DNA of 64,000 bases from Minutocellus sp. GHC0000111 (lineage: Eukaryota), in contig OZ361261.1 in the NCBI GenBank assembly GCA_977018835.1, forward strand, positions 1,798,001 to 1,862,000. Direction: 5' to 3'. Shown here piece by piece: positions 1 to 11,096 of this stretch. Numbering within the stretch: the first letter of the stretch is position 1; every line of letters starts with the position of its first letter. Under the pieces are notes generated by a model. The model did not search any database. It was given only the letters and a program-made list of their open reading frames with translations, and was not told the origin of the DNA. The position numbers and the translations under genes are program-made.

Positions 1-474
1 GCCTTTTTGGTTTCTACCTGCGTGAAGTATGCTCTTTGGCCTCATGCATATCGGAGCAAGGGCAGCGAGGGGACCAAAGTCTTTCGGTCCTTTTATGGAA
101 TTGTCACGCACAACTTGAATGTGATATTTGTAATTGCAGAGGTGGCGCTACTTGGAGGTCTTCCAGTTGATATGTCGCATGTTGCGATAGCACCAATCAT
201 TGGATTGCTGTATGTGCAGTTCGCTTGGTGGATGAGTGACCGATGGCACCCAAAGGAAGAACACCGAGGTCCCCAATACCTTTATTTCTTTTTGGATACG
301 ACACTGGGTTGGACAACGACAAAGGCATTGGCTGCGTTGCTGGTGGTTCTCTTGGTATTTTTCGTGGTGTTTAGCATCATTGATGACGTGCTCGAACATC
401 TTCAAGGTGGCTTGTTTTTGCATGTGGTGGCTTGCATCCTGGCATCATGCTTGGCTTGTAAAATAAGAGACTAG
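1..474 (+). CDS. 3' part of a multi-pass membrane protein (FAR-17a/AIG1-like, uncertain)
   Basis: Open frame from the window edge to TAG at 472-474; several hydrophobic helices with HNLN and YLYFFLD motifs. Confidence 0.6.
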   Translation, partial: AFLVSTCVKYALWPHAYRSKGSEGTKVFRSFYGIVTHNLNVIFVIAEVALLGGLPVDMSHVAIAPIIGLLYVQFAWWMSDRWHPKEEHRGPQYLYFFLDTTLGWTTTKALAALLVVLLVFFVVFSIIDDVLEHLQGGLFLHVVACILASCLACKIRD

Positions 475-636
475 GCACGTAGTTCAGAGGTGTTATTTGT
501 TCATAACATTGCAATTCATGCATTGTTGGGAGGATCTTTGGCCTCCCGGAACCTGTCGACGACGTTGCTTCGTTGCTGCGCCTTTTGGTACGGCAGTTAG
601 TCGAGCGGGTCTTTCGCCTGCAGCCTTGAAAGCGTA

Positions 637-3600
637 CCTTTCGAGTTCAGAGGATTTGAAAGTGACGTGATGATGACGTATTAGAAACACGACCACACCA
701 GACCAAAAATCCAAGCTCACTTTTTCTAACTCCGAGGAATAAATGACGGCCAAGATGGAAGTCGGGGCAAGAACCAAGTTATGGTCACCAACTTCTACAT
801 ATAGTCGAGAGATATTGTGCATCAGAACCAATAAATGTACATTATGTGATGATTTTTTTCGACATTTGCATTCCTCACCCCGGGAAAAAATACATTTTTG
901 GAAGCACCAAATCAAAATGTAATGAATAGAAATGGACATGCTATGATAAGTTATAGCAAATCAATGACTCCATCGTCTTCATCATTTTCATCTATGTCGT
1001 CCTCAATGTCATCATCTTCGCCGGGAGCATCAATTGGCCAGAGTGGTTCACCATCCTCTTCAGCTTCTTCCTCGGCAATTTTTGCGAGACCAGCCTTTCC
1101 CCGTCTGGTCTCCACAAGATTGTTACCGCCACGACTTCTCTTGATGTTGTTACATATCACTGGAAGTTTTCCAAATACATTGAGAAAGGCCTCTTTTGAT
1201 GCGACATTGGCCCATACTTTCATCACAGTCTTGTCAAGAGCATTCGCATCATTCTTCTGACCGCGATGCTCCTTTTCGACGGCCGACTGCAAAGACATCC
1301 AGATGCCGAGATCAAGAACATTTGTCTCGGGCGACCGAGGAACCTGCTGGATTATCTCAATCTTATATTTGTTTTTGAGGTCCTCGGTGTACTTCTCAAC
1401 TGCTTCATTGGACCCATGACCGCCGGCATTGTCCATCATAAGATGTGTAACATCAGACTCCTGAATATTTTGTGGATCCCACTTCACCCAATGATGTGCG
1501 TCTCGAATCGCCTTCCCGACCTCATTCACAGTCTCCAACATCCATTTGGAGTCGCAGCTACAGTCCTTGGTAACCTTATCGCCCCGTTGATACCGCACCC
1601 CGAGCTCAAGGTCGTCGATCTCAACCTTCACCTTCTCTCCATTGCTGTCAGGAGTGCGTCGCTTGAGACTCGAGATCTTTTGATTGTAGCCAACAGCGGC
1701 ATGCTTGCGATGGCCGGCGGTCATGTCAGCATTCTCGTCGTAAATGTCGCGCCAATCTTTGTCATTTTTAGCGCATCGTTGACCTTAGCATCTGGAGAGA
1801 AATTCTGATTACGCGTAAGCTTTTCCACCTTCTGCTCCCTGGCGACTCTCTTGATCATGATGCGCCCATTGAAATCAACGTCTTTGGTTTCATCCTTCAT
1901 TGGTCGGCCAACAACTCCAAGACACATAACTTTGACAGGGGGTCTTCTGGATCGAATTTTCGGGCGCTTGCCTCAGAAGCATGGACAGACGCGAGGTTCG
2001 GACTGCTTAGTTCTTCGTCAGAAAGTGGCAGGCAACATCTTGATCTTTCGTCGCCGAGTAGCAGTGTAAAACCACTTTTCATCAAGATGCGCTACAGGAA
2101 TGTTGGGATCGGTCGCAATGTCCTCCCACTTTTCGATCCAATCAAGTCGCTTCCTACAACATTCCGGGGGTGAGCCTCGGCTTCTCGATCGACGACTTCT
2201 CCTTACCGCCTTGCTTTTTCCACCAGCGAAAAAGCTGAAGACGATGGAGACTAATTGTCAGCCTGTCTTCATCTGGAGTAGCTGATTTTGCGCTCATGCA
2301 GTCAGCTAGCTCCTTAAAGGTTGCCATCGCACCCTTCATCCGAGTGGCATGCCGATGCAGCTCGCGGAGACATCCTGGCTCCTTCTCCTCGACCATGTCC
2401 GTGCATGCCTTCCTTCCACGAACCTCCTTTCTGCAGATGGGATTGCTGATGCCATCAGCAAGGCTTTTGTAGAGCTGGTCTCTCCACTTGTAAAGCTGAG
2501 AACCACCGGTTGACTTGGCACAACCGTGATCGTGCGCAACTTGCCAACACGCGGCAGTTGCAACTTGTTGCCGGTCTTCATGCGTGCGAGTTGGGTCGCC
2601 GCATCCCCACCAATCCGCGAGAGCCACGGCGCTGAACCGCATTCTTTCATTCGCCTGCTTTTCTTTTCTGATTGGTGTTGGTTCGGTGACGGTTGCATTG
2701 GGACGAGGAGGACGGAGCATGTCATCGTTGGCCATCCGAACAACAAAAGTCGAGGCCGAGAGCGACCTTTACCTGTTCATCAATGTCACTGGAGGTGGCA
2801 CAGACAACGGAAGTGTCGGCTCCTCCTAAACCTTCATCATTGGGGGAGGCTGCAGCTAGCTGCTTCAGTGGCGGAAGCATCACCAGTTCCCTTCAGCATG
2901 CTGAGGAGACTTGCTGGCATCCAACCCAGTTTCTTGGCCTCGTCGACTAGTGATTTTACTCTTGCTTCGCAATGCGCTGACTGCACCTCCTTTCTGTGAG
3001 CTGACAACCTCTCACCTAGCTTAGTAGCTAAGACAGTCGAGCGCCCAGAGAACAGAACTTCATCGGCATTTCTTTTCTCGTGCACCTTCTGTCCCTCCGG
3101 TCCAGAGAATTTCGGGTGGTTGTCCTCCTTTTTTTTACGCAACCTGTGAGCACAAACATAAAGCGCCCTGCGTCTTGTCTTCCCTCTCTCGGCCGACACG
3201 TCGACAAGTGCAACTTCAAACTACAATGCTCCTTGAGATGTTGCTGCATGTCCTTCCATTTTTCCTCGTTGTACTGTAGCTCATACTTTCCTCCACCGAC
3301 GGACTTGGAACGCAACAAGTCGGCCTCGATGAAAAGCAGGGAGGGGACGTCTTCCCATTTCTGCCGAGAACCACCACAAATGTCATCTTTGCCGCGCAGG
3401 AATCGGGGGTTACTCTCCACCACAGATCCTTACCAGCCCTTCGAATGACATCTGCTGCAAGGAGAAAGGCCATGGGGATAGGAGGAGGGGCCGTCCTCTT
3501 CTTCGCCGACGACGGTGACGGTTTGGCGGGCGAATTTGAGACCACCGTGGCCGCTTCTTCGACACACGTGTTTGCGCTCGGCGATGGTGTTTTCGGCTCA

Positions 3601-3990
3601 GCTGCCGCCTTCCTGGATGCCTTGGTGTTGCCTCTCTTGCTCCCTGAGAACGAAGTTCTGCTGCGTTTGTATTTTTTGGGCGTGGTCTGGTTGGTCGTCG
3701 TCATCGTCACAAAATTTGCGGGTTGCGGTGAGGGTGTGCGGGGGACCAAAAAATATATGTGTTCCTGCCAGAATCTACTGGACCTGCGAATTCAGTGGAT
3801 ACTACTGGTCGGTGGCAACCTACTGAATGAGCAGGTCCAGTAGATATCCACGAGTTGAGGAGTATTTGCGTTCCTCCCGAAGAGAATATCGACTAACAAA
3901 ACACGTGGTGGGAAATGAGAAATGGGTGCAAGAATGACCTTTTTTAGGGGTTATTGGTATACCCTCTACAAATCCTCTGAAACCGAATGG
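637..3990 (-). mobile_element. Tc1/mariner-superfamily DNA transposon (DD39D type), full length, decayed
   Basis: 22-bp TIRs CCTTTCGAGTTCAGAGGATTTG (637-658) and CAAATCCTCTGAAACCGAATGG (3969-3990), 19/22 identical; TA on both sides (635-636, 3991-3992); internal transposase remnant. Confidence 0.9.
951..3704 (-). pseudogene. Frameshifted DD39D mariner-like transposase
   Basis: Motifs spread over several frames: AHLDEKWFY (~2070-2095), KVMCLGVVGRP, MMDNAGGH and QVPRSPETNVLDLGIW; 39 residues between the 2nd and 3rd Asp. Confidence 0.85.
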
Positions 3991-4163
3991 TAAGCAAGCA
4001 ACAGCAAGCAACACCGCAACAATGAACGAACACAAACCTGCACAAACCAAAGGCTGCCGATGAGACGCCAAGCCGGAGGAAGTCTACTTGTTCAAGTATC
4101 AAATATCAATAGCATCGTGTCAGTCGCTCCCTCCATCAATTCCACGAGCGCACCCCTCACAAA

Positions 4164-5663
4164 ATGGAGATGACGCTACCACGGCATGAAGCAAGCGGTC
4201 CGTCTTTCTCCAGCCGTCTCACTCCACGTGCCAGAGCCGTCGGCTGGATGGCGTTGGCAACAGGGGCTCATTTTGCAGCATATGAATTGGCGCGGAGTGC
4301 AACGCTGGCAATATTCACTTCCAAAAAGACCGGGTTCGAAAGCTCGTCGGCCCTGCCGCTGGCGGTGGGGTGCGTATCGCCCTTCTCGGTAGTGCTGCTC
4401 AGCTGTTACAGTTTTCTCCTCGACAAGCACGGACCGAGGACGGCCATCCGACTCACTACCTACATGTTTGCGGTGGTCCTTATTATTTGTTCGATGATAT
4501 TATGTCTGTGTCGACCAGTAGATGTTGCCGATGACAATGAGAGCAACAGTGCTGCTCAGTTGGGGTACATGCGGAACATATCAAGGGCGACGGTATTTAT
4601 GCTCTTTGTTTATCAGAATGCATCGGTCAGACTGTTGCACTCCCAGCACTGGTCCTTCATATCGAGTGTAACTCTCAAGAGCGAGGCCAAGGTTTGGTTT
4701 GCACCAATCACCGGGCTGGCATCACTCACATCGACCATATCGGCGGGAAGCATATCGTATCTCTTGGAGAGCTTTAATCTGTTTGGGCTGCTCGGGTTGG
4801 CAGCATCTCTAATGCTTGTGGGCAGCCGATGCAGTGATAACGCATATCGGACAGCCGCAATACACAATTTCACACCGACCAAAGAATCTGATGACAAGAT
4901 GAGTACCAGCCCAAGTCCGAAGGCGCAGGCACCAGATGCAACGCCGGGACGAGAAAAATGGCATGACAATGAAATGACAGAGGGTGACGACTCGGGTCAT
5001 TCGTCAAGCAAATCATTGTTTGCCAAGGCCAGGACTCTGTTTAGACGGGTGCCAATACTCGGTGCGCTCTTTGTGGAAGTTTTGCTTTGCCAATCGCTTT
5101 CATCGCTGCTAAACTTTTTATTTTTGGTAAAAACCAAAGAGGCCATACCCAATGATGAAGAGCGAGCGGGCTGGAGTGGAAAGTGCTACGCCTGGACGAA
5201 CGGTGTGTCCGGCTTTCTCCAATTTGTTGTGATGCCCATTGCCATGAAGTGGGTAGATCCGCGATACATATGGCTGGTGATGCCGTCAACTATGCTCATC
5301 CTCGTACTACGCCAGTGCCTTGCGACACAGTCGTCCCTCTTGCTAGTTGGTCTCTCCTTCTTTTGGATGAAGACGCAAGAGTACAGTTTTCGACCCGTAG
5401 TTTCGGAGTTGATCTATGTGACGATGGACTTTGAATCGCGATATCTTGGCAAAGAAGTAATCAACTTGATGGCCGACCGCATGGGAAAGAGCGGGATGGC
5501 AATGGCGTTGTTCGTCGCATCTACATTTTACGATGAGCAGGATCTGCTCAGCACGTTGTCAAAGGTCGCTTTTGTCGCAGTGTGTGTGTGGTTCCTATCT
5601 TCTCTGAGATTAGTGCGACCAGACGAGTTCGCGAACTGGAACAAAAATGAATACCAGTTTTGA
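4164..5663 (+). CDS. TLC/AAA-family nucleotide (ATP/ADP) transporter-like MFS protein
   Basis: 499-aa ORF with about 12 TM segments; YELARS at the N-terminus and KTQEYSFR...ELIY...RYLGKEVINLMADRMGKS typical of NTT/TLC carriers. Confidence 0.7.
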   Translation: MEMTLPRHEASGPSFSSRLTPRARAVGWMALATGAHFAAYELARSATLAIFTSKKTGFESSSALPLAVGCVSPFSVVLLSCYSFLLDKHGPRTAIRLTTYMFAVVLIICSMILCLCRPVDVADDNESNSAAQLGYMRNISRATVFMLFVYQNASVRLLHSQHWSFISSVTLKSEAKVWFAPITGLASLTSTISAGSISYLLESFNLFGLLGLAASLMLVGSRCSDNAYRTAAIHNFTPTKESDDKMSTSPSPKAQAPDATPGREKWHDNEMTEGDDSGHSSSKSLFAKARTLFRRVPILGALFVEVLLCQSLSSLLNFLFLVKTKEAIPNDEERAGWSGKCYAWTNGVSGFLQFVVMPIAMKWVDPRYIWLVMPSTMLILVLRQCLATQSSLLLVGLSFFWMKTQEYSFRPVVSELIYVTMDFESRYLGKEVINLMADRMGKSGMAMALFVASTFYDEQDLLSTLSKVAFVAVCVWFLSSLRLVRPDEFANWNKNEYQF

Positions 5664-6047
5664 AACTGGCATTCTCGGCAAGTGTCAGAATGGTAACTGC
5701 CGGTGTTGGCACTGGTAGATCTATCTACAATACAAGTTGCACTGTGCATCATATCTTGAATTTGCAAGCTACATGTACTGGTACAGTAGCAACATGATGC
5801 CGGCATAGCACAGATGCATGTACAGTTCATGACTTATATTTGCCAGAAGCAGCTAGCTAGATATTATTATTTATTCACTATATGTATTTAGTATCAGCTA
5901 ATGCCAATTATTGAGTATCAGCTCCGGCACTAATGTCGTCTGGACGTCTGGACCAGGTTTGGGCTGTGTTGCTTCACTATGAAAAAATGAAGCGAGGAGA
6001 AGCAAAGGCGATATCATCCATGCTAAATATTCATTATTTCTCGATTG

Positions 6048-6149
6048 ATCCCAGTTTGCAAACTGAGATTGTGCCTATGATCCCAGTTTCCAAACTGGGA
6101 TAAATAAATCCTAGTTCGCGAACTGGGATCCCAGTTCGCGAACTGGGAC
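6048..6149. repeat. Cluster of four ~22-bp palindromes ATCCCAGTT(T/C)GC(A/G)AACTGGGAT
   Basis: Units at 6048-6069, 6080-6101, 6108-6129 and 6128-6149, each near-perfectly self-complementary. Confidence 0.9.
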
Positions 6150-6214
6150 AGTGCGCATTTTGGGACTAACATATATATATCATAATGGCGACAATATACT
6201 GAAGCTGTCTATGT

Positions 6215-7081
6215 TTACGCGCAGCTCGGAAAGCTCTGCTTTTGCTTCATGTTTTCAATTGGTGTGTTCCTGATGCAGTGTTCGACCTTCTTTTCGTTCA
6301 TTTCTGGCCGAGACGACTGAATTGGCCCGCCCTCAACTTCGAGATCTACACCTCTTTGCCGGCGATCTTCCTCGGCACAAGCCTTGTCTTCAAATCGAAG
6401 CTGCTGCTTCACGTACTCCTCATCGATCCTAGCCAGTTTGACGGCCCGGTCACGGGAATAGCGCGAATTGCGATACGAGACGTTTGCTAAGAGGAAGGAC
6501 GGGGTGCCTGTCGATCGACCAGTCTCCAAACGGCAGGCCTGCTGTTCTCGTAGAATTGTAGCAACGTGCTCCTGCTTAATGGTCTTTTGTACCTTCTGAG
6601 AAAGCTTGGACTTGTGATGTTCGATTCCCCGGAAGCAAATTTCAGCTTCGGACTCATTTGCAACGGAGTAGATTCGATTGCGAATTTCAGTTGTGCTTTC
6701 TCCGAGCTCGCATCGGAGTGCAAGGACACTAATGCACATCTCCCTGTGCGAAGCAATCTTGTCTTCCGCGGAGAGCCATCTTTGTCGCCTTTCGTCGAGA
6801 GTCATTTCCTGAAAGCTGTCGATTAAGCTCATCTCAACGAATGGGTGGAATGACACTCGACGAGAAGTTGATGTGGCGAGCGCATGCTTTGTAGTATCGG
6901 AGGCCACCTTGGTCATTGTGAGAGATGAATTTCTTCTTTGCTTCTTTGTAACGGCGGCCAGCAAGATATTGGAGAGTTGTGTCCCAAGCGACGAGCGTCT
7001 TCTTGGCTTTGTTGACTTACTTCTTTTGGCTTCACTTGAAAATGATGCGTGGTCATCTATCGCAACTCTCTCGTCCCTCAT
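6215..7081 (-). CDS. Hypothetical protein of a diatom-type family (RRVSF...W...RGIEH)
   Basis: 288-aa ATG-initiated ORF with the RVSF / W-x-S / RGIE pattern common in diatom hypothetical proteins. Confidence 0.65.
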   Translation of the reverse strand: MRDERVAIDDHASFSSEAKRSKSTKPRRRSSLGTQLSNILLAAVTKKQRRNSSLTMTKVASDTTKHALATSTSRRVSFHPFVEMSLIDSFQEMTLDERRQRWLSAEDKIASHREMCISVLALRCELGESTTEIRNRIYSVANESEAEICFRGIEHHKSKLSQKVQKTIKQEHVATILREQQACRLETGRSTGTPSFLLANVSYRNSRYSRDRAVKLARIDEEYVKQQLRFEDKACAEEDRRQRGVDLEVEGGPIQSSRPEMNEKKVEHCIRNTPIENMKQKQSFPSCA

Positions 7082-7174
7082 CGTTCTTGTGATGTTTCAA
7101 GATCAAACTTACTGCACGGAGACTCTCCGTGCTTACTGTGCCAACGAGGAGGATATTTGTAGGACGCAGTCTGA

Positions 7175-7642
7175 GACGTTGCCGGCAAAGGCCTCAAGTG
7201 GGCAGATGCCAAGGTCGGATCTGGTCAACCGGTTCAAAATGGAGCGTCGGTGAGCATCGATTATTCCATCGCCTCGACCGCCGGTAGGTTTCCACAAATT
7301 TACACAACGAAAGACAAGGGACAGCCCTATCGCTGGACTCTTGGCGATGGCAGTACCATTGAGGGCATCGAAAGGGCAATCATTGGGGATGAGAAGGACG
7401 GAATTCCACCTATGCTGCCCGGCGGAGTGCGGCGCGTTATCGTGCCATCTGCTTTGGGCTATGAAAAGCTAAGCAAGGCGAATGCCAAGTGTATTGACGG
7501 AGAGAGTGGCTCCATCGGCCCCATACCACCCAAGAGCGATATCGGCGCATACCAACGATGGTATAGCTTCTACTGCAATCCAAGAATTCCGTACCAGCCT
7601 GATTTGGTGCTCGATATCAAACTTTACGGACGTAGAAGTTAG
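7175..7642 (+). pseudogene. FKBP-type peptidyl-prolyl isomerase, 5'-truncated
   Basis: Frame reads GLKWADAKVGSG...VSIDY...IEGIE...MLPGGVRRVIVPSALGY...LVLDIKL; in-frame TGA at 7172-7174, and no start or upstream exon visible. Confidence 0.7.
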
Positions 7643-7748
7643 TGTCAATAGCGATCTTTGCTAAGTTCACAACGAGAAGATGAACTGCTAAAACACACTC
7701 TTATGCGATACCCTCCAATTGCTAAAATAAATAATTGCTTGAGGCTTA

Positions 7749-8885
7749 TCAATGTCTCCTTTCTACAGTTTCGTCTGTGTCAACATGAACAAATGCGACC
7801 GATACTCTTTCGTCTGCTTCCAGTGATCTCTGAACGCTAACCGATAAGTCGTGTGCTTCCCCTGCCATTATGTTTGATGGTACAACAATGCAAACATCAA
7901 CCTGCAGCTCCTGTCCCATGAACTGCGACCGAATTCTCCCCACCGATTGAACCCCCTCAACCTTTCCTGCGATATCTTTCAACTCGTCCATTACATCCTT
8001 CGTTGGTGCACCGCCCATGATGTAAATAAGGTTCTCGTTGCCTAAATCAGCCCCATTGTAAAATACGTAAATACTCAGCAGAATTGCGAACATGCCATCG
8101 CCCCATCCGTATCCTGCCTTGGTCAGAGCGAAACCTCCGAGCGAAGCAATGAATGCAACAATATCATTCCTAGTGTCTACAAACAAGGCATTCAATGCCA
8201 AATTTTCGGACGGACGAAACGATGTCACAAACAATATGGCCACAATCAATAACATTTTCAATCCTCCCTTGGCTCCCAATATGGCAGCAATGGTAACATC
8301 GGCTTCTGGATACGATTGGGTCGAAAGCGATATGATGGCACTTGCAAACACTTGTATTGCCACAACGCACGTGATGACGGCAACAATTCAGGCACCAATG
8401 GGTTCGGCTCGCTGATGACCATACAAGTGGTCCCGATCGGCCGGTCGTCTGGCAACTCGAGCCGCATATGCAATCACCAGGTTGGCACCAACGTCGAGGA
8501 AGGAATCGGCGGCCTGCGCCAACACGAGTTGTGATGATGTTAGGGCGTAGACCCAAATGGCGGCCGCCAGAATGGCCGCATTTAGTAGGACTGAGGAGTA
8601 AAGCAATATCAGCGGCGCATCTAAACTTTCTGATTGGCAGAATTGCTTACAGCATGATGAACAGACCCGTGCTGTACTGTGGTCGCCATCGAGGGCTCGA
8701 TCCAAGTCGCCGCTATGTTCAGTCCATGCCACCCAGTCTGGCTCTCGGCCTCCGCTTCTTCGACGACGACGGCCCCGCGGACGATTTGGGGAGGATACAG
8801 ACGAGCACGCTGAGGTGGACAACTGATCGTCGGCATCTCCCGTTGGTGACGAGGCGAGAGAGACCGGCATGGCCTTATGCGTCAA
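7749..8885 (-). CDS. Cation diffusion facilitator (FieF/MTP-like) with one in-frame TGA at 8388-8390
   Basis: AQAADSFLD, HLYGHQRAE, DTRND and C-terminal EAHD...FVHVD motifs; the two ORF-track pieces are in the same frame. Confidence 0.85.
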
Positions 8886-9382
8886 CGGCCTGAAATGGAA
8901 AAATATTGATGATAGATCTAGCTAGGCAATAGGTTCTGCTGTTATAATCAGGACAAGTTTAGCATGTATCTCGCGTGAGTGGTATCTATCTTGTCAAAAA
9001 TGAGGGTTTCTTCTGAATGACGTTATGCAGTTAGTGGTTTCCTTCTGTCGTCACAACAAGCAGCACAAGAAGGAGCGGCACAAGATCATCAGCGACCTTC
9101 ATTTCTTCCGTTGACTTTTTACCGCGTCGGAGGGAGAAAGCAACGCCCACTTCGCCGAGCGAGGCGGTTTGCTGGTATTGGCGTCTATGCGCGGCAATTG
9201 GATTGGTGCGCATAAAGGCCATGGATAGCAAGATGATCGTCGACGAACAGAGGCGTAGCAGCAGCAGGAAGCGACAACGCCAAAGTGCAACACAAAGAAG
9301 TTCTTACAAACCCAACGCATGCATGATCACAAACTGTCACAACTCGAACAATACCGGTAATAGATCTGCCTTTCGAAACAAG

Positions 9383-10981
9383 ATGAGATCGAACAAAAAA
9401 AGTAACGTCTTGGCACTCACCCTGACCCTATTGTTGGCCACATTTACCAGCTGCTGCCATGCCAAGGAAGACAAGGATAACAAGAATGGCAACGCGGGAG
9501 CAGGTCTGGTCGACCCAGCCAAAGCGCACTGGAATCATGCCGCGGCCAAGGCCGGGTACGTCGTTCACGTCGTCGCCGACGGTCTCCGTCCAGATCACAT
9601 GCTGGATTATCCCAACTTTGCCTACCTGAAGAGTCATGGAGTCGGCACGGGCAATGCTCGTAATCAGTTCGAGAGCCCGCAGACTCTGCCCAATCACATC
9701 TCGATTTTCACAGGGCTCTCGGTATCGCAACACGGACACTTTGAGGACGGAGATGGCAAGGCCAAGCTGACGTCGTTTGCCAACATCTTCGACCTGGTCA
9801 AGGCCGTGGGGGGAACCACCGCCTTTTATGGCGTCAAGGAAAAGTTCAACACCTTTGTCGACAACAAGTGGCAGATCGACAACTACGTCTTCACCAAGTG
9901 GGCCCATCGTGTGATGAACAATTGGATGGACGATATGACGGCGAATCCATACACCTATTCCTTTGTCCACTTTCGCGAAGCCGATCGAGCCGGACATTTG
10001 AGTACCGGGGCCAACAGCACCCAGTATTCCGACGCCGTACAGCAGATGGACGAATACATCGGCCAAATGCTCGATTTCATCAGGACCAATCCCGCCCTCA
10101 ATGGGAATACCGCGATTATACTCACATCTGACCATGGCTTTGAAGAGGTTGGCAATCACAATGATCTCGATGATCCGCTCGTCTTTAAAGTGCCGTTCTA
10201 CGTGTATGGTCCAGCTGTACTCCAAAACAAGGACATTTACGAACTCAGCAACCTCAAAGATCCTGGCAATGAGCGGCTAACACCCTCGTGCATCTTCAAC
10301 GCATACTCTGGCGTAATGGCGGCATCGCTGCTTGGGATTAATTATGCCGAGGGACCGTTTTCGAAACAGTATCTATCTGTGACGGGTGCCAAGGACAGCT
10401 CTAGCGCTGCTGCAATGAGCAATCAGGCTGCGATAAATCAGGCACCGATCGAGGTCTTACCGCCGAGTGGAGTTGGCGTCACTCCGGCAGACGACCCAGA
10501 TAACTGCGTCTACTGTCCCAATGAACCCAACGATGACATGAAGGTAAAGGGACGAACATGTGAGGCTTGGAGGCTCGTTCCTCAGAAGTGTCTATCGCCA
10601 TCCAACCAATGGATCGCGCAGCAGACCTGCCAGCGAAGTTGCTACTTTCACGGCAACCCCTACGATTCGACCATCTGCTGTCGAAATGCCGAGCCTCCCA
10701 CTGCTCCCACTTTGCCGGTACCCAATCCTCCTGCAGACCCCCAGCCTGTGATCAGTGAGCCTGCTATCAGTGAGCCCGTCCCTGCTAATCCTGAACCTGT
10801 CACCAATGAACCCATTGCTGATAATCCCGACCCCGTCATAGCTCCCGAGCCTGTCGCTGATGTGCCTAAGCCGATCGAAAATGCACCGGTGACCGATCCC
10901 AATCCACCTCCGCCTTTACCGATAGACACGCCGATCGAAATATCTCAGATACTGGCTGAGCAAGCTGCCGCGGCATTTTAA
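9383..10981 (+). CDS. Secreted alkaline phosphatase / type I phosphodiesterase-family protein with Cys-rich module and Pro-rich tail
   Basis: Signal peptide; VVADGLRPD, TLPNH, DRAGH and TSDHG metal-binding motifs. Confidence 0.8.
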   Translation: MRSNKKSNVLALTLTLLLATFTSCCHAKEDKDNKNGNAGAGLVDPAKAHWNHAAAKAGYVVHVVADGLRPDHMLDYPNFAYLKSHGVGTGNARNQFESPQTLPNHISIFTGLSVSQHGHFEDGDGKAKLTSFANIFDLVKAVGGTTAFYGVKEKFNTFVDNKWQIDNYVFTKWAHRVMNNWMDDMTANPYTYSFVHFREADRAGHLSTGANSTQYSDAVQQMDEYIGQMLDFIRTNPALNGNTAIILTSDHGFEEVGNHNDLDDPLVFKVPFYVYGPAVLQNKDIYELSNLKDPGNERLTPSCIFNAYSGVMAASLLGINYAEGPFSKQYLSVTGAKDSSSAAAMSNQAAINQAPIEVLPPSGVGVTPADDPDNCVYCPNEPNDDMKVKGRTCEAWRLVPQKCLSPSNQWIAQQTCQRSCYFHGNPYDSTICCRNAEPPTAPTLPVPNPPADPQPVISEPAISEPVPANPEPVTNEPIADNPDPVIAPEPVADVPKPIENAPVTDPNPPPPLPIDTPIEISQILAEQAAAAF

Positions 10982-11096
10982 CTACTGCATAGTTCGGACA
11001 ACTTAGACATATTATTCGTCATGCGTTACTAGAATTTGTTAATGTATCATCTTGTTCATGTACATGTATTTCTAGACTTCGCTCCCTTTTGAAAGT

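Noticed and set aside
951..3704. Fungal-type RIP or CpG-methylation decay as the cause of TE decay
   Set aside because: TpA is depleted rather than enriched, and CpG is still plentiful
6048..6149. CRISPR array
   Set aside because: Spacers are only 0-10 bp, the context is eukaryotic, and there are no cas genes
8388..8390. CDF in-frame TGA as selenocysteine
   Set aside because: It lies in a TM helix where Leu fits, is not in a redox motif, and I see no SECIS-like structure after the stop
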